A stretch of 54,177 nt of DNA from positions 1-54,177 of the forward strand of contig CALWDY010000031.1 in NCBI GenBank assembly GCA_944376825.1. Direction: 5' to 3'. Positions 9,314 through 18,668 of the stretch are shown here, piece by piece. How positions within the stretch are numbered: the first letter of the stretch is position 1; every line of letters starts with the position of its first letter. The position numbers and the translations under genes are program-made. The notes below the pieces were generated by a model, which was given only the letters and a program-made list of their open reading frames with translations, was not told the DNA's origin and ran no database searches. The stretch is from an uncultured Clostridia bacterium (GTDB lineage: Bacteria; Bacillota; Clostridia; Christensenellales; UBA1242).

Positions 9314-10498
9314 TTACAATTCCTTTTCTAAATTTTCTTTGTTTTGTGTTGAATTTAAGTAAGCTGTACTTAAATCTTTATATATATATGTATCATAATA
9401 TTCTTTTTCTATTGTATATCCATTTTTTTCATAGAATGGTTTAGCGTGGTCGTTTTCTGGATAAAATTTTCCTTCAATTGTAAAATATCTTTTATCTTTA
9501 CAATAGGTTTCAAATAGTTCTAGTAAAATATTTGCTAAACCATTTGATTGATATTTTTCTTTAATTTGTATTTTATTTAGCCAAACACTTTTGGGGTTTT
9601 TAGAGTTTAATTTGAAATTTATAAAACCAATTTGTTCGCTTTGGGTATTTAATTGAATTGTACAAAAATCATTATCATTTATATAATTCGCATATATCTT
9701 TCCAATTTTTGTATTTACTTCTATTGTTTTTTCAGAATTTACTAATTCATTTAACCACTCTAATTGGTGCAAATTTTCTTCTATTACACTTTTATAATTT
9801 TCAATATCATTTGATTTTATTTCACTTGCCAAAATTAAATCTTTTCTTGATTTTAAATCAAAAGCAATTTTTTGCCAATTTATATTTCCTTGCCCAATTA
9901 TTTTATGTTCGTCTTTTATTCCGTTATTGTCGTGTATATGCAAAACAGATATGTATTCATTGTAATCTTTTAAAATATCAAAGTTTGGTGTTAGAAAATG
10001 TTGATGACCAAAATCTAAGCATATTTTTAAATTTTTGTGTTTAATGTTTTCAAAAATGAAAGGAATTTCTTTTTCTGAATATAAGTTTTCGATGCATAAA
10101 TTAACATTGTATTTCTCGCAAACTTCTAGTATTTTTCTTATTCTATTCAAGCCAATTTGTGAAATTATAGAATTGTAATCACCATTTAAGTGCACAACAA
10201 AATTTTTTGTGTAGTTGTGACAACTTTCTATTTGTTGTATATATGAATTGCATATTTCCTCGCCAATTTCATTTTCTAACCAAAAATTATTTAATTTTGG
10301 TTCATAATATGAACAATGTATCATTGTACAGGTTAAACCTATCGAATTTGCGTATTTAATTTGTTCAAGCCAACTCATTGTTTCTTTTGCATCATAAATT
10401 CCAACATAAAATTCATCGTAGCCACATTTTTTAAAACTATCTATCTTATCTTTGCTGTTAATGTCGCAGTTAAAATAAATATTAACTGATTTTTTCAT
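9314..10498 (-). CDS. Sugar phosphate isomerase/epimerase (AP_endonuc_2 TIM barrel) fused to a C-terminal GNAT acetyltransferase
   Basis: 394 aa. The N-part has the metal-ligand motifs CIENL, LDFGH, LHIHDN and SEIK. The C-part has KIQIKEKYQSNGLANILL (GNAT motif A) and FYEKNGY (motif B). Confidence 0.78.
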   Translation of the reverse strand: MKKSVNIYFNCDINSKDKIDSFKKCGYDEFYVGIYDAKETMSWLEQIKYANSIGLTCTMIHCSYYEPKLNNFWLENEIGEEICNSYIQQIESCHNYTKNFVVHLNGDYNSIISQIGLNRIRKILEVCEKYNVNLCIENLYSEKEIPFIFENIKHKNLKICLDFGHQHFLTPNFDILKDYNEYISVLHIHDNNGIKDEHKIIGQGNINWQKIAFDLKSRKDLILASEIKSNDIENYKSVIEENLHQLEWLNELVNSEKTIEVNTKIGKIYANYINDNDFCTIQLNTQSEQIGFINFKLNSKNPKSVWLNKIQIKEKYQSNGLANILLELFETYCKDKRYFTIEGKFYPENDHAKPFYEKNGYTIEKEYYDTYIYKDLSTAYLNSTQNKENLEKEL

Positions 10499-10836
10499 TG
10501 TTACTTCCTTTTTTTAATTTAATAAGAAAATTAAATTTTAAATTATGTTTTAATTTGCAAAATATGTTATCATAAACAAACTTAAAAGTCAAATTATAAA
10601 AAAATTATGGTATTTTGTTTTATGTAAATCTAAATTTGAGATAAATATTAGGTCAATTTAGAATTAGTAACTAACGTATTAATAAATTAAAGTACAAATC
10701 AATTAAAAATTTTAGTTTTTTAAGAGAAAGTAATAGGAAAAATTTTATTGAAAAAAATTGTTAATTAGCAAAAAAATTTCTAACCACAAAAAACAATTAC
10801 AAATATAATAGTAATATTTAGTTATATTGATTGTGG

Positions 10837-10865
10837 TTGACAAAATGTTTTTTCATTCATATAAT
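10837..10865 (+). promoter_or_regulatory. Perfect-consensus SigA promoter of the ABC exporter operon
   Basis: TTGACA (10837-10842), 17 bp spacer, TATAAT (10860-10865). Confidence 0.85.
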
Positions 10866-10882
10866 ATACAGGTTGTTTAAAT

Positions 10883-10897
10883 TTGACACAGTGTCAA
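10883..10897. promoter_or_regulatory. 7-1-7 inverted repeat between the promoter and the RBS (candidate repressor operator)
   Basis: TTGACAC-A-GTGTCAA has perfect arms and lies 18 nt downstream of the -10 box. Confidence 0.65.
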
Positions 10898-10912
10898 TAA
10901 AGGAGAAAAACT

Positions 10913-12646
10913 ATGATTAAATTATTAAAATATTTTAAATTTATGGATTGGTTAGCTTCGTTATTTGTTGTTGGTATTATAGTTTTTCAAGTTTGGCTTG
11001 AAATGGAACTTATTGAATATATGGGAAGCATAATTTCACTTATTCAAATGCACGCACAGGGTATGCCACTTACGGCGTTAGATTTGTGGAATGTGGGCTG
11101 GAAAATGATTTTAATTGCGTTTGGAATTTGTGCAAGCGTGGTTGTTGTGAACTTTTTGGCGTCAAAAATTGCTGCAAGATTTTCAAAAAAGTTAAGAACT
11201 GAAGTTTTCAAAAAAGTAAATTCATTTTCAATGGAAGAAATGAATAAATTTTCAACAGCATCGCTAATAACAAGGTCAACAAACGATATTAAACAAGTTG
11301 AGCAAACTGTTTTTATGACGCTTAGAATGGCAATAACTGCTCCTGTTATGGCTTGTTTTGCAATAAGCAAAATTATTGGTAGCAGTGTTGAACTTTCTTG
11401 GACAACGGGTGTTGCACTTTTAATTATGCTATTTCTTGTTTTGTTTTTGTTTTTTGTTGCTGTTCCAAAGTTTTCTCAAATTCAAAAGAAAACCGACCGA
11501 ATCAATAATGTCACAAGAGAAAATTTAACAGGCATAAGAGTTGTTAGGGCATACAATGCAGAAAAGGAACAAGAAGAAAAATTTGAAGAAGTAAACAAAG
11601 ATCTAACAAAAACAAATTTATTTGTAAATAGGGTAATGGCGCTTATGTGGCCAGGACTTGAACTTATTATGAATGGTCTTACTATTGCTATCTACTGGGT
11701 TGGGGCATACCTAATAAATGTTGGCACGCTTGAATATTACACAATGGTAACATTTACTCAATATGCAATGCATGTACTTATGAGTTTTATGTTTATTTCA
11801 ATGCTTTTTGTGTTTATTCCAAGAGGTGTGGTTTCTGGCAGAAGAACAAACGAAGTTTTGTCAACAAAGTCAAAAATTCATGATGGCAGAGGGGTTAAAC
11901 CTCAAACAGTTGGTGAAGTTGAGTTTAAAGATGTTTCTTTTAAATATCCAGATGCACAGGAATATGTTTTAAAAGACATATCATTTAAAGTTAATAAGGG
12001 TGAAACCATTGCCTTTATTGGTTCAACGGGAAGTGGAAAAAGCACACTTATAAATTTAATACCAAGATTTTTTGATGCAACAGAGGGAGAGATTTTGGTT
12101 GATGGTGAAGATGTTAAAAATTATAAACTTGAAGATTTAAACAACAAACTTGGCTATGTACCACAAAAAGGATATTTGTTTAGCGGAACAATAAAATCCA
12201 ACTTATTATACGGCAATGAAAACGCAAGCGATGAAGATATAGAAATGGCTTTAAAGGTAAGTCAATCAGATTTTGTTAAAAAATTAGAAGATGGTGTTGA
12301 TTACGAAATTGCACAAGGTGGGACAAATGTTTCAGGAGGGCAAAGACAAAGACTCAGTATTGCAAGAGCAATAATTAAAAAGCCAGAAATTTATATTTTT
12401 GACGACAGTTTTTCAGCGTTAGATTACAAAACTGATAAAAATTTGAGAAAGGCTTTAAAAACATACACAAAAGACGCAACAAAAATTATTGTTGCACAGC
12501 GTATTGGAACAATTATAGATGCCGACAAGATTGTTGTTTTAGATGAAGGAAAAATGGTTGGATATGGCACCCATGAAGAACTTTTAAAAAATTGCGAAGT
12601 TTACAAAGAAATTGCCTTATCTCAACTTTCAAAGGAGGAACTATAA
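10913..12646 (+). CDS. Heterodimeric ABC exporter subunit (TM287/EfrA-type, degenerate site)
   Basis: 577 aa TMD+NBD with GSTGSGKST and VSGGQRQR. Walker B is YIFDD (D for catalytic E) and the switch is IVAQR (Q for H), as in TM287-type subunits. Confidence 0.93.
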   Translation: MIKLLKYFKFMDWLASLFVVGIIVFQVWLEMELIEYMGSIISLIQMHAQGMPLTALDLWNVGWKMILIAFGICASVVVVNFLASKIAARFSKKLRTEVFKKVNSFSMEEMNKFSTASLITRSTNDIKQVEQTVFMTLRMAITAPVMACFAISKIIGSSVELSWTTGVALLIMLFLVLFLFFVAVPKFSQIQKKTDRINNVTRENLTGIRVVRAYNAEKEQEEKFEEVNKDLTKTNLFVNRVMALMWPGLELIMNGLTIAIYWVGAYLINVGTLEYYTMVTFTQYAMHVLMSFMFISMLFVFIPRGVVSGRRTNEVLSTKSKIHDGRGVKPQTVGEVEFKDVSFKYPDAQEYVLKDISFKVNKGETIAFIGSTGSGKSTLINLIPRFFDATEGEILVDGEDVKNYKLEDLNNKLGYVPQKGYLFSGTIKSNLLYGNENASDEDIEMALKVSQSDFVKKLEDGVDYEIAQGGTNVSGGQRQRLSIARAIIKKPEIYIFDDSFSALDYKTDKNLRKALKTYTKDATKIIVAQRIGTIIDADKIVVLDEGKMVGYGTHEELLKNCEVYKEIALSQLSKEEL

Positions 12647-14472
12647 TGGCAAAGACAGAAAAAACTCCAAAAATAAAACAGCGTGGACCAATGGGGCATG
12701 GAATGAATACAGGGGAAAAGGCAAAAGATTTTAAAAAGTCTATGAAAATGCTGATTAAATCTTTGCGTCCAAACTATGTAAGTATAATTTTTTCACTATT
12801 ATTTGCAATAATTGGAACAGTGCTTGCACTCGCTCTTCCAAATGTAACAAAAATTGTAAGCGAAGAAATTTTCAGTGCAATATCGCAAAATGTGTCTGTA
12901 AACTTGCAAAAAGTTATGACAGTATCACTATGGCTTGTTTGCATGACTTTAATTAGTGCATTATTTTCATATTTTCAAGGTTTTATTTTAAGTGGTGTAA
13001 CTGCAAAGGTTACAAAAAGACTAAGAACGCAAATTACCCAAAAAATAAATGTGCTTCCACTTAAATATTTTGATAGTCAAAGTTATGGGGATATTTTAAG
13101 TAGAGTTACAAACGATGTAGACACAATTGGTCAAACATTAAACCAAAGTTTAAGCAATATTGTAACTTGCGTTACCATGCTTCTTGGTGCGCTTATTATG
13201 ATGTTTGTAAACTCATGGCAACTTACTTTAATTACACTTTGTGCAATGCCTGTAAGTTTAATTTTGGTTTCGTTAATTGTAAAATTTTCCCAAAAATATT
13301 TCGTAAAACAACAAAATTCACTTGGTGAAATAAACGGTATTATTGAAGAAAATTACTATGCTCACAACATTGTAAAAACTTTTAATGCCGAAGAAAAAGC
13401 ACAAAACGATTTTGAAAAAGTAAACAAAAATTTGTGTCATTCAGCATTTATGTCCCAATTCTTATCTGGCACGATGTATCCTATAATGAACTTTATTTCA
13501 AATCTTGTTTATGTTTTAATTTGTGTTGTTGGTGGAATAATGTCAATAAAAAATCCTTTGTTTGCTGTTACAATTGTTGCATTTATACAATACATGAGAA
13601 CATTTAATCAACAAATTGGTCAGGTGGCACAAATAAGCGGAACACTGCAAAGTGCAGCGGCAGCAAGTGAAAGAGTTTTTGAATTTTTAAACGAACAAGA
13701 GCAAGAAAAAGAAGACCAAAAAACAAAAGTTCAACTTGGTTCGGTTAAGGGACTTGTTGAATTTAAAAATGTTAGTTTTGGCTATGAAAAAGACAAAGCA
13801 ATTATTCATAATTTTAGTGCAAAAATTCTTCCAGGGCAAAAAGTTGCAATTGTAGGCCCAACAGGTGCAGGTAAAACTACGCTTGTAAACCTTCTCATGA
13901 GATTTTACGAAATAGACGGTGGTGAAATTTTAATTGATGGCGTAAACATAAAAGATATGACAAGAGAAAATGTTAGGGCACTTTTTGGAATGGTGCTTCA
14001 AGACACTTGGATATTTGATGGAACAATAAGAGAAAACATAGCATACGGAACCCCAAACAAAACAAATAAAGAAATAGAAGATGCATGCTGTTTTGCCCAT
14101 ATTGACCACTTTATTCGTTCGCTTCCAAATGGTTATGATATGATGCTTGACGAAACGGCAAACATAAGTCAAGGTCAAAGACAACTTTTAACAATTGCAA
14201 GGGCAATGGTAAACAATGCCCCAATGCTAATTTTAGATGAGGCAACATCAAGTGTTGATACCAGAACGGAAATAATGATTCAAAAAGCAATGGATAAACT
14301 AACCGAAGGCAGAACAAGTTTTGTTATTGCACATAGACTTTCAACAATTAAAAATGCCGACCAAATTCTTGTGATGAAAAATGGTAATATTGTTGAACAA
14401 GGCAACCATGATGAACTTTTAAAACAAAATGGGTTCTATGCGGAACTATATAATTCTCAATTTGCCGAATAA
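12646..14472 (+). CDS. Heterodimeric ABC exporter subunit (TM288/EfrB-type)
   Basis: Start re-called to ATG 12646, overlapping the upstream TAA, with RBS AAGGAGG. Motifs are GPTGAGKTT, ISQGQRQ, LILDEATS and IAHRLST. Confidence 0.93.
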   Translation: MAKTEKTPKIKQRGPMGHGMNTGEKAKDFKKSMKMLIKSLRPNYVSIIFSLLFAIIGTVLALALPNVTKIVSEEIFSAISQNVSVNLQKVMTVSLWLVCMTLISALFSYFQGFILSGVTAKVTKRLRTQITQKINVLPLKYFDSQSYGDILSRVTNDVDTIGQTLNQSLSNIVTCVTMLLGALIMMFVNSWQLTLITLCAMPVSLILVSLIVKFSQKYFVKQQNSLGEINGIIEENYYAHNIVKTFNAEEKAQNDFEKVNKNLCHSAFMSQFLSGTMYPIMNFISNLVYVLICVVGGIMSIKNPLFAVTIVAFIQYMRTFNQQIGQVAQISGTLQSAAAASERVFEFLNEQEQEKEDQKTKVQLGSVKGLVEFKNVSFGYEKDKAIIHNFSAKILPGQKVAIVGPTGAGKTTLVNLLMRFYEIDGGEILIDGVNIKDMTRENVRALFGMVLQDTWIFDGTIRENIAYGTPNKTNKEIEDACCFAHIDHFIRSLPNGYDMMLDETANISQGQRQLLTIARAMVNNAPMLILDEATSSVDTRTEIMIQKAMDKLTEGRTSFVIAHRLSTIKNADQILVMKNGNIVEQGNHDELLKQNGFYAELYNSQFAE

Positions 14473-14532
14473 TTAAAATTGAGTATTGACAGTCTGTTTG
14501 ATGCTATGATAAACTGGAAAAGAGGTGCAGAT

Positions 14533-14928
14533 ATGGAACGAAATTATTTATTGTCACAAGTAAAGTGGTTTTTTTGCGTAGAAAAACAAATTATTATGCC
14601 ATTGGTTGAAAATGCTAATGGAGATGGTTATATTGATTTAAAAAAGAAATGCGTTTTTCCTAAAAAAGACTTTCTTAATAAACTTGAACTTGCTTATAAA
14701 TGTGAATTGACAGAAATTTCTTCATATAAATTGATTTCAATATTATATGACAAAATTTCAATGGCAAAAATTGCAAAAAATTGCAAAGATTATTGTTTTG
14801 GAATACCAAATCAACAAGATATAGAAAATGCAGAGTACAATGCAACTAAATTATTAAGTCTTAGCAAAGAGATGGAAGATATGCTTTATGCTGAATATAG
14901 ACGCAGTGTTGCAGAAAGAGAGTTATAA
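14533..14928 (+). CDS. Hypothetical protein (131 aa)
   Basis: ATG 14533 follows AGAGGTG. TTGACA lies upstream at 14486 and a terminator follows. I recognised no family. Confidence 0.6.
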   Translation: MERNYLLSQVKWFFCVEKQIIMPLVENANGDGYIDLKKKCVFPKKDFLNKLELAYKCELTEISSYKLISILYDKISMAKIAKNCKDYCFGIPNQQDIENAEYNATKLLSLSKEMEDMLYAEYRRSVAEREL

Positions 14929-14957
14929 TTAAAACACTCAAGTTTAATAAAATCAAA

Positions 14958-14994
14958 TGCCAAGTTCGTGAAAGGATTTGGCAATTTTTTTTTT
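14958..14994 (+). terminator. Intrinsic terminator
   Basis: TGCCAAGTTC-gtgaaa-GGATTTGGCA stem (with G-U pairs) followed by 10 T. Confidence 0.8.
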
Positions 14995-15002
14995 AAAAGT
15001 GG

Positions 15003-15031
15003 TTGACATAAAACCACTTTTTTGTTATTAT
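15003..15031 (+). promoter_or_regulatory. SigA promoter of the str operon leader
   Basis: TTGACA (15003-15008), 17 bp spacer, TATTAT (15026-15031), extended TG at 15023-15024. Confidence 0.8.
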
Positions 15032-15035
15032 TTTG

Positions 15036-15280
15036 TTCGTGTGATTGTGTGCTTTTGCATGTAACACATTAAAGTCCTAATTTTGCTAGTTAGGCCAACA
15101 TTAACAAACAGCAGGTAGCAACTTTATTTTACCATTTGCTTTACCGATTACTGCACAAAATTTGTGTGCATGGTGCATGTTGTGTTAATAAAAGTGATTT
15201 TTCACTTATTTAAACACGAAATGTAATGGGCAATGTGGCAAATTAAAGTAATTTAATTTCAACATTGCTCGTTTTGTTTT
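15036..15280 (+). ncRNA. Candidate structured RNA / 5' leader of rpsL (family not recognised)
   Basis: Manually identified helices: 15036-42/15214-20, 15046-52/15057-63, 15076-82/15088-94, 15100-06/15183-89, 15152-57/15165-70, 15192-97/15202-07 and 15228-36/15262-70 (capped by an 8-bp stem with a GTAA loop), followed by a T-rich tract. Confidence 0.5.
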
Positions 15281-15318
15281 TAATGTTAATTTAGCAAATC
15301 TAAGTAAGGAGGGAGAAA

Positions 15319-15693
15319 ATGCCTACAATCAACCAGTTAGTTCGTAGTGGAAGAAAAAGTTTTGATAAAAAAAGCAAATCACCACTTCTAGAAAACTGTC
15401 CTCAAAAAAGAGGCGTTTGTCTAGCAGTTAAAACTACAACACCTAGAAAACCTAACTCAGCGCTTCGTAAAATTGCCCGTGTAAAGCTTTCAAATGGTCA
15501 AGAAGGTACTTGCTATATTCCAGGTATTGGACACAATTTGCAAGAACACAGCGTTGTTTTGGTTCGTGGCGGAAGAGTTAAAGACTTGCCTGGTGTTAGA
15601 TACCATATAATTCGTGGTGCGCTTGATGCTTCTGGTGTTGCAAAAAGAAATCAAAGCCGTTCTAAATATGGTGCTAAAAAACCAAAAAACTAA
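15319..15693 (+). CDS. rpsL: 30S ribosomal protein S12
   Basis: 124 aa with [22 protein letters not shown] and [15 protein letters not shown] is AAGGAGG. Confidence 0.99.
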   Translation: MPTINQLVRSGRKSFDKKSKSPLLENCPQKRGVCLAVKTTTPRKPNSALRKIARVKLSNGQEGTCYIPGIGHNLQEHSVVLVRGGRVKDLPGVRYHIIRGALDASGVAKRNQSRSKYGAKKPKN

Positions 15694-15742
15694 AATAAAA
15701 TTTAACTAATCATTCACAAATGTGAATTTAAAAGGAGTAATT

Positions 15743-16216
15743 ATGCCAAGAAGAAGTGGTGTGCCAAAACGTGATGTGCTACCAGATCCAAAATATCATA
15801 ATAAACTTGTAACAAAATTTGTTAATCAAGTTATGTACGATGGTAAAAAAGGTATAGCACAAGGAATTGTTTATGGTGCTTTTGATATAATAGCAAAGAA
15901 AACAGGGCTTGATCCTATTGATGTTTTCACAACAGCAATAGAAAATGTTAAACCTGTGTTAGAAACAAAAGGTCGTAGAGTGGGTGGTGCAACATACCAA
16001 GTACCAATGGAAATAAGACCAGAAAGAAGACAAACTCTTGCTATTCGTTGGGTTGTTCTTTTTGCTAGAAAAAGAAACGGCGAAAGAACAATGGAAGAAA
16101 AAGTTGCAGGCGAACTTATGGACGCTTACAACAATCAAGGCTCAGCAATTAAGCGTAGAGATGAAATGCACAGAATGGCAGAAGCTAATAAGGCTTTCGC
16201 TCATTACAAATGGTAA
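15743..16216 (+). CDS. rpsG: 30S ribosomal protein S7
   Basis: Start ATG 15743 after AAGGAG. Contains [11 protein letters not shown] and [10 protein letters not shown]. Confidence 0.99.
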   Translation: MPRRSGVPKRDVLPDPKYHNKLVTKFVNQVMYDGKKGIAQGIVYGAFDIIAKKTGLDPIDVFTTAIENVKPVLETKGRRVGGATYQVPMEIRPERRQTLAIRWVVLFARKRNGERTMEEKVAGELMDAYNNQGSAIKRRDEMHRMAEANKAFAHYKW

Positions 16217-16484
16217 TTATTTTAAATTTTAATTATGAATAACTTTGTTTACTAACATTTGTTACATACTTTTGTGTGAACAAATATTAGTGAGTATTGT
16301 TTTTCTTAATAAAATTTAGATAATAATCTTTTTTAGATTGCAACATTTTAAAATAAAAGTTTGAGATTGTTGTAAAAAGATAAAAATAATATTTTAAAAA
16401 ACTGTAATTTGCAAATATTAAAAAACAGCAAATTATAAAACGCTAAAACCGTTTAAAATAAATTAAAAATAAGGAGAAAAACTA

Positions 16485-18557
16485 ATGGAAGAAAATCTTT
16501 CACTTACAAGAAACGTTGGTATCATGGCTCATATTGATGCTGGAAAAACAACAACAACTGAAAGAATTCTTTTCTATACAGGAATCAACCACAAAATTGG
16601 TGAAGTGCACGATGGTGCGGCAACAATGGACTGGATGGCACAAGAACAAGAAAGAGGTATAACAATTACTTCTGCTTGTACAACATGTCATTGGAAAAAT
16701 CACAAAATTAACATTATTGATACACCTGGACACGTTGACTTTACAATTGAAGTTCTTCGTTCGTTAAAAGTTCTTGATGGCGCCGTGCTTGTTTTGAGTG
16801 CTCGTGACAAAGTTCAGCCACAAACAGAAACTGTTTGGAGACAAGCAAATGAATGCAAAGTCCCTGTAATCATTTTTGTAAACAAAATGGACATAGATGA
16901 TGCATATTTTGACAAATGTGTTGAATCTGTAAGAGATAGACTTCGTACAAAACCGCTTCCACTACAAATGCCAATAGGCATGGCAGACACATTCAAGGGA
17001 ATAATTGACCTTTTAACAATGAAAGCATATATCCCAGAAGATGATCTTGGAAAAATTTTAGATGAAGTTGAAATTCCTGCAGAATATAAAGAAGAAGCAC
17101 AAAAAAGACACAACGAATTAATTGAAACAATTGTAGAAACTGACGATGCTCTTCTTGAAAAATATTTTGGTGGAGAAGAAATAGCACTAGATGAGCTTAA
17201 AAAAGCAATAAGAAAAGCAACAATTGCAAAACAAGTTACTCCAATGCTTTGTGGTTCATCATACAAAAACAAAGGTGTTCAAAATCTTCTTGATGCAATG
17301 ATTGATTATTTGCCATCACCAGTTGATATTGAAGCAATAAAAGGCGTAAATCCAGACACAGAAGAAGAAGAAGACAGAAAGCCAGAATTCAATGCTCCAC
17401 TTGCTGGTCTTGCATTTAAAATTGCAACAGACCCATATGTTGGAACGCTTACATTCTTCCGTGTTTATAGTGGTGTTTTAAAGGCAGGTTCATATGTTTA
17501 CAATGCAAACAACGGAAAAACCGAAAGAGTTGGAAGACTTATCCGTATGCATGCAAACAACAGAACAGAAATTCAAGAAGTTAAAGCAGGAGATATTGCT
17601 GCGATTGTTGGTCTTAAAGATACAATCACAGGACATACACTTTGCGATAAAGACCATCCAATTCAACTTGAAAGCATGAAATTCCCAGAACCTGTTATAC
17701 AACTTGCAATTGAACCAAAAACAAAAGATATGCAAGAAAAAATGGCTCTTGCACTTGGAAAACTTTCACGCGAAGATCCATCTTTTAGAGTACAAACAGA
17801 CCAAGAAACAGGACAAACTCTTATTTCTGGTATGGGAGAATTGCATCTTGAAATTATTGTAGACAGACTTCTTAGAGAATTTAAAGTAGAAGCAAATGTT
17901 GGTAAGCCACAAGTTGCTTATCGTGAAACAATAAGAAAAGCAGTTGAAGCAGAAGGTAAATTTGTTCGTCAAAGTGGTGGTAAAGGTCAATACGGACATT
18001 GCTGGGTTAAGTTTGAACCACTTGAACCAGGCGCTGGCTATGAATTTGTTGATAAAACAGTTGGTGGATCAATTCCAAAAGAATTTATACAACCTGTAAA
18101 CAAAGGTATCGACGAAGCAAGAATGAACGGTGTGATTGCCGGTTATGAAACCATTGATTTTAGAGCAACAGTTTTTGATGGATCTTACCATGATGTTGAC
18201 TCATCTGAAATGGCATTTAAAATTGCAGGTTCTATGGCATTTAAAGATGGTGCATTAAAGGCAGATCCAGTGCTTTTGGAGCCTATTATGAAAGTTGAAG
18301 TCGATGTTCCAGATGAATATTTGGGAACAGTTATGGGCAACTTGACATCAAGAAGAGGAATTCTTCTTGGAAACGATTCTATTCCAGGATATCAAAGAGT
18401 AAGAGCAGAAGTTCCACTTGCTGAAATGTTTGGATATGCAACAGACCTTCGTTCACAAACTCAAGGAAGAGGAACATTTGTTATGGAACCACTTAAATAT
18501 CAAGAAGTTCCAAAATCAATTACAGAAAAAATTGTAGGCGAACGCAAAAAATCATAA
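16485..18557 (+). CDS. fusA: Elongation factor G
   Basis: 690 aa with [32 protein letters not shown] and GSYHDVDSS, at its expected place in the str operon. Confidence 0.98.
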   Translation: MEENLSLTRNVGIMAHIDAGKTTTTERILFYTGINHKIGEVHDGAATMDWMAQEQERGITITSACTTCHWKNHKINIIDTPGHVDFTIEVLRSLKVLDGAVLVLSARDKVQPQTETVWRQANECKVPVIIFVNKMDIDDAYFDKCVESVRDRLRTKPLPLQMPIGMADTFKGIIDLLTMKAYIPEDDLGKILDEVEIPAEYKEEAQKRHNELIETIVETDDALLEKYFGGEEIALDELKKAIRKATIAKQVTPMLCGSSYKNKGVQNLLDAMIDYLPSPVDIEAIKGVNPDTEEEEDRKPEFNAPLAGLAFKIATDPYVGTLTFFRVYSGVLKAGSYVYNANNGKTERVGRLIRMHANNRTEIQEVKAGDIAAIVGLKDTITGHTLCDKDHPIQLESMKFPEPVIQLAIEPKTKDMQEKMALALGKLSREDPSFRVQTDQETGQTLISGMGELHLEIIVDRLLREFKVEANVGKPQVAYRETIRKAVEAEGKFVRQSGGKGQYGHCWVKFEPLEPGAGYEFVDKTVGGSIPKEFIQPVNKGIDEARMNGVIAGYETIDFRATVFDGSYHDVDSSEMAFKIAGSMAFKDGALKADPVLLEPIMKVEVDVPDEYLGTVMGNLTSRRGILLGNDSIPGYQRVRAEVPLAEMFGYATDLRSQTQGRGTFVMEPLKYQEVPKSITEKIVGERKKS

Positions 18558-18602
18558 TAACTTGATTTTGGCAATAAAGAAACAAAAATTTATTAAAAAT
18601 GT

Positions 18603-18637
18603 TTGAAAAAAAATTTTAGATATGATATTATCATATC
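18603..18637 (+). promoter_or_regulatory. Internal tuf promoter with an overlapping 9-1-9 palindrome
   Basis: TTGAAA (18603-18608), 17 bp spacer, TATTAT (18626-18631) with TG at 18623-18624. GATATGATA-T-TATCATATC spans 18619-18637. Confidence 0.6.
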
Positions 18638-18668
18638 GACTAATATCAATAAAAAGGAGAATTATAAA

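Noticed and set aside
15170..15226. 18-codon uORF (MVHVVLIKVIFHLFKHEM) in the rpsL leader
   Set aside because: It has no SD sequence, its start is buried in helices, and it does not resemble ybxF. Likely chance.
15036..15280. RNase P, SRP or tmRNA identity for the rpsL leader
   Set aside because: Only AAAGTCC (15071-15077) resembles RNase P CR-I, without GAGG or CR-V. There is no SRP domain IV motif and no tRNA-like ends. 6S is not formally excluded, but the fold looks multibranched rather than rod-like.
16730..16760. Fusidic-acid resistance allele V90I in EF-G (DFTIEV)
   Set aside because: Ile is the wild-type residue in E. coli EF-G, and the MGELHL region is canonical. No resistance claim is supported.
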